64,000 nucleotides of DNA. Source: Vulcanimicrobiota bacterium (lineage in GTDB: Bacteria > Vulcanimicrobiota > Vulcanimicrobiia > Eremiobacterales > Eremiobacteraceae). Position 1 is the first letter of the stretch, and each line of letters begins with the position of its first letter. This document shows, piece after piece, positions 8,598 to 19,576 of the stretch. A program made the translations under genes and the position numbers. Below the pieces are notes generated by a model that searched no databases, had not been told where the DNA came from, and saw only the letters and a program-made list of their open reading frames with translations. The DNA lies in the NCBI GenBank assembly GCA_963805945.1, contig CAWDVP010000002.1, positions 64,001 through 128,000 of the forward strand, written 5' to 3'.

Positions 8598-11500
8598 TTG
8601 GCCCCCTCGCTCGGTCCCCTCATCTCCCGCATCCTCGCCGCCGACAGCGACGCGATCGAGCGCGTCGCGCAGGCGGTCGGCCGCCGCGCGTGCGTGGATG
8701 TGACGGAGGCCGCAGCCGGCGGGCATGCGCCGATCGTCGCAGCGCTGTGGCGAGCGCTCGGTGGGCAGCTCGTGGTGTGGAGCGCGACGCCCGACGCCGC
8801 CGACCGTTTCGCCAACGACGTCGCGTTCTTCACCGACGATGCGGGCGAGGTGGTGCACGATCTCCGCCCGCGCGACGAGATCGCCGCCGGCCCTATCAGC
8901 CCGACCGAGCGCAGCGCGCGCATCGAGACGCTCGTCGCGCTGGCGGGCGGCCAGCCGGGCGTCTACTGCCTCTCGCACGCCGCGCTGCGCCAGCCGCTCG
9001 CGGCGCCGCACCGCTGGCGTGACTCGCTCACGCTGCGTGTCGGCGGCGAGCATCCGTGGGAAGATCTGCTCGGTCGTTTTGTCGCGCTCGGCTACGAGCG
9101 CGTCGACCTCGTGAGCGCGGTGGGCGAGTTCACCGTGCGCGGCGGCCTCATCGATTGCTTCCCGGCGACCGCGGACCATCCGGTGCGGCTCGAGTTCTTC
9201 GGCGATGCGCTGGAAAGCATTCGATCGTTCGCGCTCGGCGATCAACGCTCGATCGGCTCGCTGGACTCCGTCGATGTCGTGCCATGGAATGAATATGAGC
9301 TCGCAGCCGATGGCGCTTTCATCTCTGATTATTCCCCGAACGCGCTTGTCGTCGTCGACGACGCGGAGATGATCGTCGCGATCGATCATTCGCTTGCGGC
9401 TGAACGCGATGACGGCACGATTGCCGCCGCAGACAGCGGGCCTTCCGCGCCGGTGCCTCCGCCGGGGACGCCGGGGAAATCGGGATATTTAGAATCCCCC
9501 GGCTCTGCTGCTCCGGCTTTCGCCGTCGCAGAAGCCCCGGCTAAAGGCACCGTCGCCTCTGGACCCGCTGTTCCGGCATTCGACATCGCCACCGTCACCA
9601 CACGAGTCGATTTCCATCCCGTCGTGAACTTCGCGGCGGCGCATGCACCGCGGGTGGTGAGAGAAGCGGATCTAAAGGTCGCGATCGCGTCCGTGCCCGC
9701 GCCGGTGTTCAACCGCAGCATGCAGCGTTTCGTCGAGGATGTGCGCGGGCGCGTCGCCGCCGGCGAGCTGGTCGCGATCGCGTCGGTCGGCCATCGCCGC
9801 ATCCGCGAAGTGCTCGACGAACACGACGTGAGCGTGGCGCCGGCGCCGCAGAGCTGGAAGCGCGGCGACGGCGGCCGCGTCGTCGTCGCCGACGGCGCGC
9901 TCGACGCGGGCTTCGAGCTCACCGCGCTCGGCGTGGTGCTCCTCGGCGACGCGGAGCTGTTCGGCCATCCCGCGCGCCGGCAGAAGCACCGGGCCGCCAA
10001 AGAAGGCGTGCCGCTGCGCGAAGAGGACCTCAAGCCGGGCGAGTATTTCGTCCACGCCAACCACGGCGTCGGCCAGTATCTCGGGCTCGAGCACATCCTC
10101 GTCAACGACATCGGCCGCGACTTCATGGCGCTCAAATATGCCGGCGCGGACCGGCTCTACGTGCCGGTCGAGATGATGCATCTGGTGCGCCGCTATGTCG
10201 CCGGCGACGGCGCGGCGCCCAAGCTCTCGAAGATGGGCGGCAGCGATTGGGCGCGGGCCCGGTCGCGCGTCCGCGACGCGGTCGAGAAGATCGCCGAAGG
10301 TCTGGTGCGCTTGTACGCCGAGCGCGAGGCAGCCGCCGGCCATGCGTTCGCGCCAGACTCGCCGTGGCAGGCGGAGCTGGAAGAGTCGTTCCTGTACGAC
10401 GAGACCCCGGATCAAGGCCGCGCGATCGAAGCGGTCAAGGAAGACATGGAACGCGCGCGCCCGATGGACCGCTTGGTGTGCGGCGACGTGGGCTATGGCA
10501 AGACCGAGGTCGCCATCCGCGCGGCTTTCAAAGCGGTCATGGACCGCCGCCAGGTCGCGGTGCTCGTGCCGACCACCGTGCTCGCCGCTCAGCACTACCG
10601 CACCTTCAGCGAACGCTTCGCCGCGTTTCCGGTGCGCATAGGCGTGCTCTCGCGCGTGCGCTCGAAGACCGAGCAGAAAGAGACGCTCGCGCAGCTCGCC
10701 GACGGCAGCCTCGATCTGGTGATCGGCACGCATCGGCTGCTGCAGCGCGACGTGGGCTTCAAACAGCTCGGCCTCGTCATCGTCGACGAGGAGCAGCGCT
10801 TCGGCGTCACCCACAAGGAGCGGCTCAAGGAGATGCGCCGTTCGGTCGACGTGCTGACGCTGTCGGCGACGCCGATCCCGCGCACGCTCCATATGTCGCT
10901 CGTCGGCGTGCGCGACCTCTCGCTCATCCAGACGCCGCCGTCGAACCGCATGGCGGTGAAGACGATCGTGACGCCGACGAGCGACGCGCTCATCGCGTCG
11001 GCGATCGAGGCGGAGCTCGACCGCGGCGGCCAGGTCTACTTCGTCCACAACCGCATCGAGTCGATCTACGGCGTGCGCGAGGCGCTGCAGGCGCTCGTGC
11101 CGCGCGCGCGCATCGCGGTCGGGCACGGCCAGATGGACGAGCACGAGCTCGAAGACGTGATGATCGGCTTCGTGAACGGCGACTTCGACGTGCTGGTGTC
11201 CACGACGATCATCGAGAACGGCCTCGACATCCCCAACGTCAACACCATCGTCGTCAACAACGCGGACCATTTCGGTCTTGCGCAGTTGTACCAGCTGCGC
11301 GGCCGCGTCGGGCGCAGCGCGCACCAGGCGTACGCGTATCTGCTCTATCAGCCGCATCGCGCGCTCTCGGAGACCGCAGAGGCGCGGCTCGACGCGATCC
11401 GCGAGTTCTCGCACCTCGGCTCAGGCCTGCGTTTGGCGATGCGTGATCTGGAGATCCGCGGCGCCGGCAACCTGCTCGGCCACGCGCAGTCCGGCTTCAT

Positions 11501-12020
11501 CGCGGCGGTCGGCTTTGACGCCTACTGCCAGATACTGCAGGATGCGGTCGCGGAGCTGCGCGGCCAGCCGCACGTGCCCGATGAACCGCCGCCGATCCTC
11601 GACGTGCGCGTGAGCGCCTATATCCCCGGCGACTACATCCGCGGCGCGAGCCAAAAGATCGCGTTCTATCAGCGCATCGCGGCCGCGCGTTCGGCGGACG
11701 AGGTGTCGGCGATCGCCGACGAGATGCGCGACCGCTACGGTCCCATCCCCAAGGAGGGCGAGGCGCTGCTGGAGCTGGCGCGCTTGCGTTTACTCGCAAG
11801 CGCGAAAGGAGTCGAAAAACTGTCGCTCGAACAGCGCCGATTGACGCTCGAGGTCGGGCGCCGTTTTTCACTCTCCGAAAGTGCTCTTCCGGCTCTCACG
11901 ACCCTCACTCGAGGAAACTTCCGTTTCACTCAGGGCGCGATTGTGGCCGAACTGCCGCCGCTCGATACCCTCGGCGACGGGAAGCTCGCGGCCGTTCGCG
12001 AGATCGTAGCGGCACTCTAG
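8598..12020 (+). CDS. mfd: Transcription-repair coupling factor
   Basis: UvrB-homology region (RGGLIDCFP), CarD/RID domain, GDVGYGKTEVA, DEEQRFGV, QLRGRVGRS, TRG motif and C-terminal TRCF domain. Confidence 0.97.
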   Translation: MAPSLGPLISRILAADSDAIERVAQAVGRRACVDVTEAAAGGHAPIVAALWRALGGQLVVWSATPDAADRFANDVAFFTDDAGEVVHDLRPRDEIAAGPISPTERSARIETLVALAGGQPGVYCLSHAALRQPLAAPHRWRDSLTLRVGGEHPWEDLLGRFVALGYERVDLVSAVGEFTVRGGLIDCFPATADHPVRLEFFGDALESIRSFALGDQRSIGSLDSVDVVPWNEYELAADGAFISDYSPNALVVVDDAEMIVAIDHSLAAERDDGTIAAADSGPSAPVPPPGTPGKSGYLESPGSAAPAFAVAEAPAKGTVASGPAVPAFDIATVTTRVDFHPVVNFAAAHAPRVVREADLKVAIASVPAPVFNRSMQRFVEDVRGRVAAGELVAIASVGHRRIREVLDEHDVSVAPAPQSWKRGDGGRVVVADGALDAGFELTALGVVLLGDAELFGHPARRQKHRAAKEGVPLREEDLKPGEYFVHANHGVGQYLGLEHILVNDIGRDFMALKYAGADRLYVPVEMMHLVRRYVAGDGAAPKLSKMGGSDWARARSRVRDAVEKIAEGLVRLYAEREAAAGHAFAPDSPWQAELEESFLYDETPDQGRAIEAVKEDMERARPMDRLVCGDVGYGKTEVAIRAAFKAVMDRRQVAVLVPTTVLAAQHYRTFSERFAAFPVRIGVLSRVRSKTEQKETLAQLADGSLDLVIGTHRLLQRDVGFKQLGLVIVDEEQRFGVTHKERLKEMRRSVDVLTLSATPIPRTLHMSLVGVRDLSLIQTPPSNRMAVKTIVTPTSDALIASAIEAELDRGGQVYFVHNRIESIYGVREALQALVPRARIAVGHGQMDEHELEDVMIGFVNGDFDVLVSTTIIENGLDIPNVNTIVVNNADHFGLAQLYQLRGRVGRSAHQAYAYLLYQPHRALSETAEARLDAIREFSHLGSGLRLAMRDLEIRGAGNLLGHAQSGFIAAVGFDAYCQILQDAVAELRGQPHVPDEPPPILDVRVSAYIPGDYIRGASQKIAFYQRIAAARSADEVSAIADEMRDRYGPIPKEGEALLELARLRLLASAKGVEKLSLEQRRLTLEVGRRFSLSESALPALTTLTRGNFRFTQGAIVAELPPLDTLGDGKLAAVREIVAAL

Positions 12021-12042
12021 TATGTTGACCGTAGGAGGCTCA

Positions 12043-12972
12043 ATGAAATCCAGGTTCGCGACGTTCGCATCGCTCTCGCTCGCCGCATGCGCGGCGGTGC
12101 TGATGACCGGATGCGGCGACCAGAAGACCGTTGCGACGGTCAATGGGGAGAAGATCACCAAGAGCGAGCTCGACGCGAAACTCGAGCAGCAGAGCGGCAA
12201 GGCCGCCCTCACCGCGATGGTGCAGCAAGACCTCATCTTCCAATATGCCAAACAGCACAACATCGACGTCAGCGACGCCGAGGTGAAGGCGAAGCTCGAC
12301 GAGATCGCGTCGCACTTCCCGCCCGGCCAGTTCGACACGATGCTCGCCGCGCAAGGCATGACCATGGACGACGCCAACAAGCTCGTGCGTGAGAACCTGC
12401 TCACCAAGAAGGCCGTCGATGCGAACATCACCATCACCGACGCGCAGGTCGATGCGTACCTCAAGGCTCAGCACCTGACGCTCGGTCAGCCGGCCCAGGT
12501 CCGAGCCAAGCACATCCTCGTCAAGACGCTTCCCGAAGCCAACGCGGTCGAGGCCGAACTGCATAAGGGCGGCGACTTCGCGGTGATCGCGATGCGTGTG
12601 TCGCAGGATCCCGGCAGCAAGACCAAGGGCGGCGAGCTCGGCTGGTTCGGTCCGGGCCAGATGGTCCCGGCCTTCCAAGCGGCCGCGTTCTCGCTCAAGC
12701 CGGGCGAGATCAGCGCACCTGTGCACACGCCGTTCGGCTGGCACATCATCGTGGTCGAAGAGACCAAGCCGCTCACCAAGCAGGCCGCGATCGATCAGCT
12801 CAAGCAGCAGCAAGAGTCGCTGCAGGTGCAAGCCTTCATGAATCAGCTCAAAGCGAGCATGAAGTACTCGTCTGACGATCCGCGCTATAAAGACCTGTTC
12901 GCGACGACGCCCGCGCTCGGCGGTCCGGCTCCCGCACCGGCGGCACCGGCACCGGCGCCTGCTTCCAAGTAG
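12043..12972 (+). CDS. prsA: PrsA-like parvulin peptidyl-prolyl isomerase foldase lipoprotein
   Basis: AGGAGG RBS; lipobox LMTGC; VATVNGEKIT; KHILV...SQDPGS..KGGELGWF..GQMVPAF...PVHTPFGWHII. Confidence 0.85.
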   Translation: MKSRFATFASLSLAACAAVLMTGCGDQKTVATVNGEKITKSELDAKLEQQSGKAALTAMVQQDLIFQYAKQHNIDVSDAEVKAKLDEIASHFPPGQFDTMLAAQGMTMDDANKLVRENLLTKKAVDANITITDAQVDAYLKAQHLTLGQPAQVRAKHILVKTLPEANAVEAELHKGGDFAVIAMRVSQDPGSKTKGGELGWFGPGQMVPAFQAAAFSLKPGEISAPVHTPFGWHIIVVEETKPLTKQAAIDQLKQQQESLQVQAFMNQLKASMKYSSDDPRYKDLFATTPALGGPAPAPAAPAPAPASK

Positions 12973-13000
12973 CGCAGAACTCGCGTCAAGCCGAACTCAT

Positions 13001-13035
13001 GTAGGGGCCGACCTTCAGGTCGGCCCTCTTTTTTT
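13001..13035 (+). terminator. REP family-1 copy doubling as an intrinsic terminator after prsA
   Basis: GTAG-GGGCCGACC TTCA GGTCGGCCC followed by TCTTTTTTT. Confidence 0.75.
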
Positions 13036-13080
13036 GGTCGCAAGAGGCGCGGCCGCGATGTTCTCGTAAATCCTCATACC

Positions 13081-14274
13081 ATGCCCAGCCTCGCCATCGT
13101 CGGTCTCGGTCCCAGCGACCACACCATGCTCACGCTCGGCGCATTGGAACGCCTGCAAAAGGCGCCGCGCACCGCGTTGTGCGCGGCGCCGCCGGCGCTG
13201 CGCGAACATCTCAGCAAGAAAGGCGTGACCATCGTCGCCCCGCCGTTCGACGCCACCGCGCTGCTGCGCGGCGTGCCTGAGGCGGTGACCGCAGCGGTCG
13301 AGTTCGCCGCGGCGGGAGATGCGGCGATCGGCGTGCCGGGCCATCCCATGCTCGATTTTCCGGGCCTGCCGCATCTGCTGCGCGCGCTCGAAGCAGCGGG
13401 CGTCGACGTCGAACTCGTGCCCGGCATGCCGCGCGCCTCGCTTTCCGCATCCGCCTCCGCGTCGCTACTGCCGCTGCCGCCGGTGGCTGTGAGCCACAGC
13501 TGGGAAGAGCTCGTCGAGATCATGACGCGGCTGCGCGCGTGCTGTCCGTGGGACCGCGAGCAGACGCATCAGTCGCTGCTGCCGTATCTCGTCGAAGAGG
13601 CGCACGAGGTCGTCGAAGCCGTCGACGAGGCCGATCCGAAGAAGCTGTGCGAGGAGCTCGGCGATCTGCTGCTGCAGATCGTGTTCCATTCGCAGATCGC
13701 CGCCGAACGCGGCCAGTTCTCCGTGGCCGACGTCATCAACGCGCTCGCGAACAAGATGATCCGCCGGCATCCGCACGTCTTCGGCGACGCGAGCATCTCG
13801 ACGTCGCAAGAGCAGATGAAGTCCTGGGAGATGATCAAGACCAAAGAGGCGTCGATCAAGCACCGTGAGTCGCTGCTCGACGGCATCCCGCGCAGCCTGC
13901 CCTCGCTGCTCGGTTCCCAGCGCATCCAGGAGAAGGCGGCGACGGTGAACTTCGACTGGCCGAAGACCGACGGCGTCGTCGAAAAGCTTGATGAGGAGCT
14001 GCACGAGCTGCGCACCGCGGTCTCAAGCGGCGAGAACGCGCATATCCGCGAAGAGCTCGGTGACGTGCTCTTCACCATCGTCAATCTGTCGCGCCGCCTC
14101 GGCGTCGACGCCGAAGCCGCGTTGCGCGCTGCGAACGTCAAGTTCCGCGAGCGCTTCGCGGCGATGGAACGCATGGCCGGCGGCGGCGCGACGGCGCTGG
14201 CAGGCCGCAGCCTCGAGGATCTCGACGTGCTGTGGAAGCGCGCCAAAGACCATGAGACTGGACAAGTTCCTTAA
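13081..14274 (+). CDS. mazG: YabN-type MazG nucleoside triphosphate pyrophosphohydrolase with degenerate tetrapyrrole-methylase N-domain
   Basis: IVGLGP N-terminus; CPWDREQTH, EELGDLLLQ and KMIRRHPHVF motifs; second EELGD repeat. Confidence 0.92.
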   Translation: MPSLAIVGLGPSDHTMLTLGALERLQKAPRTALCAAPPALREHLSKKGVTIVAPPFDATALLRGVPEAVTAAVEFAAAGDAAIGVPGHPMLDFPGLPHLLRALEAAGVDVELVPGMPRASLSASASASLLPLPPVAVSHSWEELVEIMTRLRACCPWDREQTHQSLLPYLVEEAHEVVEAVDEADPKKLCEELGDLLLQIVFHSQIAAERGQFSVADVINALANKMIRRHPHVFGDASISTSQEQMKSWEMIKTKEASIKHRESLLDGIPRSLPSLLGSQRIQEKAATVNFDWPKTDGVVEKLDEELHELRTAVSSGENAHIREELGDVLFTIVNLSRRLGVDAEAALRAANVKFRERFAAMERMAGGGATALAGRSLEDLDVLWKRAKDHETGQVP

Positions 14275-14512
14275 GATCTCCCGGCTCGCGAAGCGCCGCA
14301 CCGAAGCGAAGGAAGCGCTCGATGCAGGCCGCATCGAGGTCGGGGGCAAGGCGGTGAAGCCGTCGCATCCGGTGAAAGTGGGCGATGAATTGCTCATCCA
14401 CTACGCATCGCGTGACGTGCGCGTGCGCGTGCTGGCCATCCCCGAACGGCCGGGCATGCGCGTGAAAGCGGACTCGCTCTACGCCGTGCTCGACGACCGC
14501 CGAACGCCCTGA
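14252..14512 (+). CDS. S4-domain RNA-binding protein (YabO/RqcP/Hsp15-like)
   Basis: MRLDKFLKISRLAKRRTEAKEA...GRI...KPS..VKVGD. Confidence 0.9.
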   Translation: MRLDKFLKISRLAKRRTEAKEALDAGRIEVGGKAVKPSHPVKVGDELLIHYASRDVRVRVLAIPERPGMRVKADSLYAVLDDRRTP

Positions 14513-14513
14513 C

Positions 14514-15683
14514 GTGAGACGCATGCCCGAGCGGCCGTTGACGATCGGCATGTTCGTCGATTCGTACTTGCCGGAGATCAACGGCGTGGTGACGTCGCTG
14601 GTGAGCACGACGCGGGAGCTGCGCCGGCGCGGGCACCGTGTCATCGTCATCGCGCCGTCGCACCAGGACTCGCACGACGACGATCCCGACATCTTCCGCT
14701 TGCGCTCGTCGCCCTTCCCCTTCTATCCGCAGTTCCGGATGGCGTTCCCGCTGCCGGCAAAGACGCTCGCGAGCCTGCCGAGCATGCCGTTCGACATCAT
14801 CCACACGCACTCGATGTTCTTCATCGGTTGCCTCGGCGCGTACTTGGCGCAGGCGCGCCGCATCCCGCTCTTCTTCACCTATCACACGCTGTGGACCGAA
14901 TACGCGCACTATCTGCCGGTGAATCCGGACTTCACGCGTGCGCAAGCGGTGTGGGTGTCGCGCGAGTTCTGCAATCGCTGCAGCTGCGTCATCGCCCCGA
15001 CGCACGGCATCGCTGACCTACTGGCGTCCTACGGCGTCGAGAAACCGACCGCGGTCATCCCGAGCGGCGTCGACATCTCCGTCTTCGAAAGCAGCGTCGC
15101 GCGCGCGCCACACGTGCGTGCCGGCGGCGGTCCGCTCGCGCTGTTCGTCGGCCGGCTCGGCAAGGAGAAGAACGTCGATCTCGTGCTCGACGCGTTCGAT
15201 CTCGCCGCTAAGCAGGTGCCGGGATTGCGGCTCATCGTGGTGGGCACCGGCATGCACGAGGAGGCGCTGCGCCAGCATGCGGCGGGGCTCGCAAGCGTCG
15301 CGCGCATCCGCTTCACCGGTTCGCTGCCGCAGAGCGAGCTGGGCGCATACTATGCGGCCGCCGACGTGTTCATGTTCGGCTCCACGACCGAGACGCAGGG
15401 GCTCGTGCTGCTCGAGGCGATGACCCAGGGCGTGCCGGTCGCCGCAGTCGATTGCGCGGTGTCGCGCGAGGTCGTCACCGACGACGCCGGCATCCTCGTG
15501 CCCGAGGACGCGGGGCTGTTCGCCAAAGCGGTCGTCTCGCTGCTGCGGGCGGATGATGCCGAACGTTCCCGCCGCATCGCGGCGGCGAAGAACGTCGCGC
15601 GGCCGTATTCGCTCGAGGCGCTCACCGACCAGCTCGAGGATGCCTACGCGCAGGCGCGCGAGCGGGCCAAGGCCGCGCTATAG
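14514..15683 (+). CDS. GT4 glycosyltransferase (diacylglycerol glucosyltransferase-like)
   Basis: DSYLPEINGVVTS, HTHS, TYHT, VGRLGKEKN and ETQGLVLLEAM motifs. Confidence 0.88.
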   Translation: MRRMPERPLTIGMFVDSYLPEINGVVTSLVSTTRELRRRGHRVIVIAPSHQDSHDDDPDIFRLRSSPFPFYPQFRMAFPLPAKTLASLPSMPFDIIHTHSMFFIGCLGAYLAQARRIPLFFTYHTLWTEYAHYLPVNPDFTRAQAVWVSREFCNRCSCVIAPTHGIADLLASYGVEKPTAVIPSGVDISVFESSVARAPHVRAGGGPLALFVGRLGKEKNVDLVLDAFDLAAKQVPGLRLIVVGTGMHEEALRQHAAGLASVARIRFTGSLPQSELGAYYAAADVFMFGSTTETQGLVLLEAMTQGVPVAAVDCAVSREVVTDDAGILVPEDAGLFAKAVVSLLRADDAERSRRIAAAKNVARPYSLEALTDQLEDAYAQARERAKAAL

Positions 15684-15687
15684 CGCC

Positions 15688-16521
15688 ATGTTCTCCGAGG
15701 ATGCGAAGGATGAGATCGCGGCGGTGCGCTTTGAGCGCGCATGCTGCCCGGCGCATTTCGTACGCGCCCTCGCGGCGTTTTCTAGCCGCTCGACGACAGG
15801 CCGAACGCGGTCGTTCGCGTTCCGCGCGCGCCCGGCCATCGCGCGCGCCGCGCTCCGCGCCGGCAAAGCCGCCGGCATCTCGATAGAGGCGGCGCCGACG
15901 GATCATCGCCTGACGCGCGGCGCGGTCCGGCTGTTCGGCGACGCACCGTTCGCGATCGCACCGCACGTGCCGGCCCGCGCGTGCTGTCGCCGCGCATGGC
16001 TGCGCGGCGCGTTCCTCGCGTGCGGTTCGGTCGCCGACCCGCGCCGCGGCTATCATCTGGAATTCTACTGCCGCGACGACGACGACGCGCGGGCGCTGAG
16101 CGAAGGCCTGGGAGGCGTCGGTGTGGACGCCGGCGTGACGCGACGCCGTTCGCGGCCGCTCGTCTATATCAAGGGCGCGCCCGCGGTCGCGGATCTGCTC
16201 GGCCAGATGGGCGCTGCGCGCGCCGTGCTCGCGCTCGACGATCTGCTTGCGATGCGCCACACCAAGAACGTCACGCGTCGCCGCGTCAACAGCGAGGCGG
16301 CCAATGCGGCGCGCGCCGCCGTCACCAGCGCCCGCCAGCGCGAAGCGGCGCTGCGCGTGTTGAATCGGCGCGGCGTGAGCGGCGCGCTATGCGAGGCGGC
16401 GCGCCTGCGCATCGCCCATCCTGACTACACGCTGGCGGAACTCGCGGCGAGCGCCCGGCCTCGTGTGACGAAAGCCGCAATGGCCTATCGCCTGCGCGAA
16501 ATGGAGCGGCTCGCGTCGTAG
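15688..16521 (+). CDS. whiA: DNA-binding protein WhiA
   Basis: CCRRAWLRGAFLACGSVADP...YHLEF, R.VNSEAAN and C-terminal HTH; sits upstream of gap. Confidence 0.88.
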   Translation: MFSEDAKDEIAAVRFERACCPAHFVRALAAFSSRSTTGRTRSFAFRARPAIARAALRAGKAAGISIEAAPTDHRLTRGAVRLFGDAPFAIAPHVPARACCRRAWLRGAFLACGSVADPRRGYHLEFYCRDDDDARALSEGLGGVGVDAGVTRRRSRPLVYIKGAPAVADLLGQMGAARAVLALDDLLAMRHTKNVTRRRVNSEAANAARAAVTSARQREAALRVLNRRGVSGALCEAARLRIAHPDYTLAELAASARPRVTKAAMAYRLREMERLAS

Positions 16522-16602
16522 AAGAACGCCGTGCGGGACTACAGCGCAGTTTTGGAGTAAGGTAGGCGTCCCGACCGTCGCTTCCATGGAGGTTGTTTCG
16601 CT

Positions 16603-17621
<1,019 letters not shown>

Positions 17622-17625
<4 letters not shown>

Positions 17626-18812
17626 CGAAAGGCATCGGCGAGCTCGACGTCCGCGGCAAGCGCATCCTCGTCCGCGAAGACCTCAATTGCCCGCTGGCCG
17701 ACGGTAAGGTCGCCGACGACACGCGCATCGTGGCGGCGGTGCCGACGCTGCGCAATCTGAGCCAGCGCGGCGCGCGCGTCATCGTCATGTCGCATCTCGG
17801 CCGGCCCGACGGCAAGGTCGTGGAAGGGTTGCGCATGGCGCCGGTCGCTGTCGCGCTTTCCAAGGCGCTCGGGATGACCGTCAAGACCGCGTCGGACTGC
17901 GTCGGGCCCGCGGTGCAGGCGGCGGTGGCCGCGCTCGCCGACGGCGACGTGCTGCTGCTCGAGAACCTACGCTTCCATCCGGAAGAGGAAGCCGATGACG
18001 AGGGCTTCGCGCGCCAGCTCGCGTCGCTGGGTGATGCGTACGTCAACGACGCCTTCGGCACGGCGCATCGCGCGCACGCCTCGACGGTCGGCGTCACCAA
18101 GTTCCTTCCTTCTTATATGGGGCCGTTGCTCGAGCGCGAGCTCGACGTGCTCGACGAGATCCTCGAGCGCCCGCGCCGCCCATTCGTCGCGGTGCTCGGG
18201 GGAGCGAAGATCTCCGACAAGATCGGCGTCATCACGCGCTTTATGCAGCTGTGCGACGCGATCCTCATCGGCGGCGGCATGGCCAACACGTTGCTCGCCG
18301 CGCAAGGCTTCAATGTCGGCACGTCGCTGCGCGACAAGGACCTCGGTCCGGCCAAGCTGATCGTCGCCGAGATGGATCGCGAAGCGAGCAAGGTCGAAGT
18401 GCTGCTGCCGGTGGACGCGGTCGTCGCCAAGACGCTCGCGCCTGACGCCGAGTCGCGCTTCGCGGATATCGACCAGATCGCGCCGGACGAGATGATCCTG
18501 GACATCGGACCGACGACGGCCGAACGCTATCGCGGCGTGATCACGGACGCCAAGACGGTGCTGTGGAACGGGCCGATGGGCGTCTTCGAGATGGATGCGT
18601 TCGCCGCCGGCACCGAAGCGGTCGGACAGGCGATCGCCGACTCGGGCGCGATGTCGGTCGTCGGAGGCGGTGATTCCGCCGCGGCGGCGCACAAGCTCGG
18701 CTTCGCGGACAAGATGACGCACATCTCGACCGGCGGCGGCGCCACGCTCGAGTATCTGGAGGGCAAAGAGCTGCCCGGCGTGGCGGCGCTGCGGAGCGGC
18801 GCGAACGCATGA
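17622..18812 (+). CDS. pgk: Phosphoglycerate kinase
   Basis: [44 protein letters not shown] overlap with gap. Confidence 0.97.
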
Positions 18813-19576
18813 AGCGGCGGCCGCTGTTCGCGGGCAATTGGAAGATGTACAAGACGCCGAACGAAGCGCGCGAGTACGCGCGCGACTTCGTGCCGGGCGC
18901 CGGCGGGGTCGCCGCTGCTGCTGACATCGCGCTGTGCGCGCCGTTCATCGATCTTGATGCGCTTGGCGCTTTGCTCGAGGGATCCGCTGTCGCGCTCGGC
19001 GCGCAGGACTGCTACTGGGAGCCGGAAGGCGCGTTCACCGGCGAGGTGAGCGCCGCTATGCTCGCGAGCATGGGCGTGAAGTGGTGCATCGTCGGCCACT
19101 CGGAACGTCGTCGCCTCTTCGGTGAGACCGACGACACGGTGGCGCGCAAGGTCGCCGCGCTGCTCGCGGAGGGCGTCCGGCCGATCGTGTGCGTGGGCGA
19201 GACGCTGGAAGAGAACAAGACCGGCAAGACGCGCGAGCGCGTCACCGCCCAGGTGCATGCGGCGTTGCACCGCCTGACGGAAGACGAACGCGCGTCGTTA
19301 GTCATCGCATACGAGCCGATCTGGGCCATCGGCACCGGACTCGCGGATGATCCGGCGTCGGCGAACAAGACGATCGGATTCATCCGTGCCGCTGCCGGCG
19401 GGCTCGACCGCGCGGTGGTCCTGTACGGCGGCTCGATGAAAGCCGACAACGCCGAGGCGTTCTGCGCACAGCCGAACATCGACGGCGGCTTGATCGGCTC
19501 GGCGAGCCTCGATCCCGCCACCTTCAGCTCGCTCGTCACCAACGGACTCCGGGGTATCGATGCCGGCAACCGGTAA
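18809..19576 (+). CDS. tpiA: Triosephosphate isomerase
   Basis: AGNWKM, GHSERR, AYEPIWAIGTG, LYGGS. Confidence 0.98.
   Translation: MKRRPLFAGNWKMYKTPNEAREYARDFVPGAGGVAAAADIALCAPFIDLDALGALLEGSAVALGAQDCYWEPEGAFTGEVSAAMLASMGVKWCIVGHSERRRLFGETDDTVARKVAALLAEGVRPIVCVGETLEENKTGKTRERVTAQVHAALHRLTEDERASLVIAYEPIWAIGTGLADDPASANKTIGFIRAAAGGLDRAVVLYGGSMKADNAEAFCAQPNIDGGLIGSASLDPATFSSLVTNGLRGIDAGNR

Noticed and set aside
9672..11414. Long antisense and alternate-frame ORFs (also 19536-21224, 32734-34296, 39031-40509, 42434-45242 and others)
   Set aside because: These are shadow ORFs expected from high GC3 codon bias opposite well-supported genes, and they carry no motifs.
11779..11804. Perfect 10-bp hairpin CGCGCTTGCG-TTTACT-CGCAAGCGCG in mfd
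   Set aside because: It encodes ordinary TRCF-domain sequence with no insertion and lacks the G(T/G)AG tail. Probably chance.
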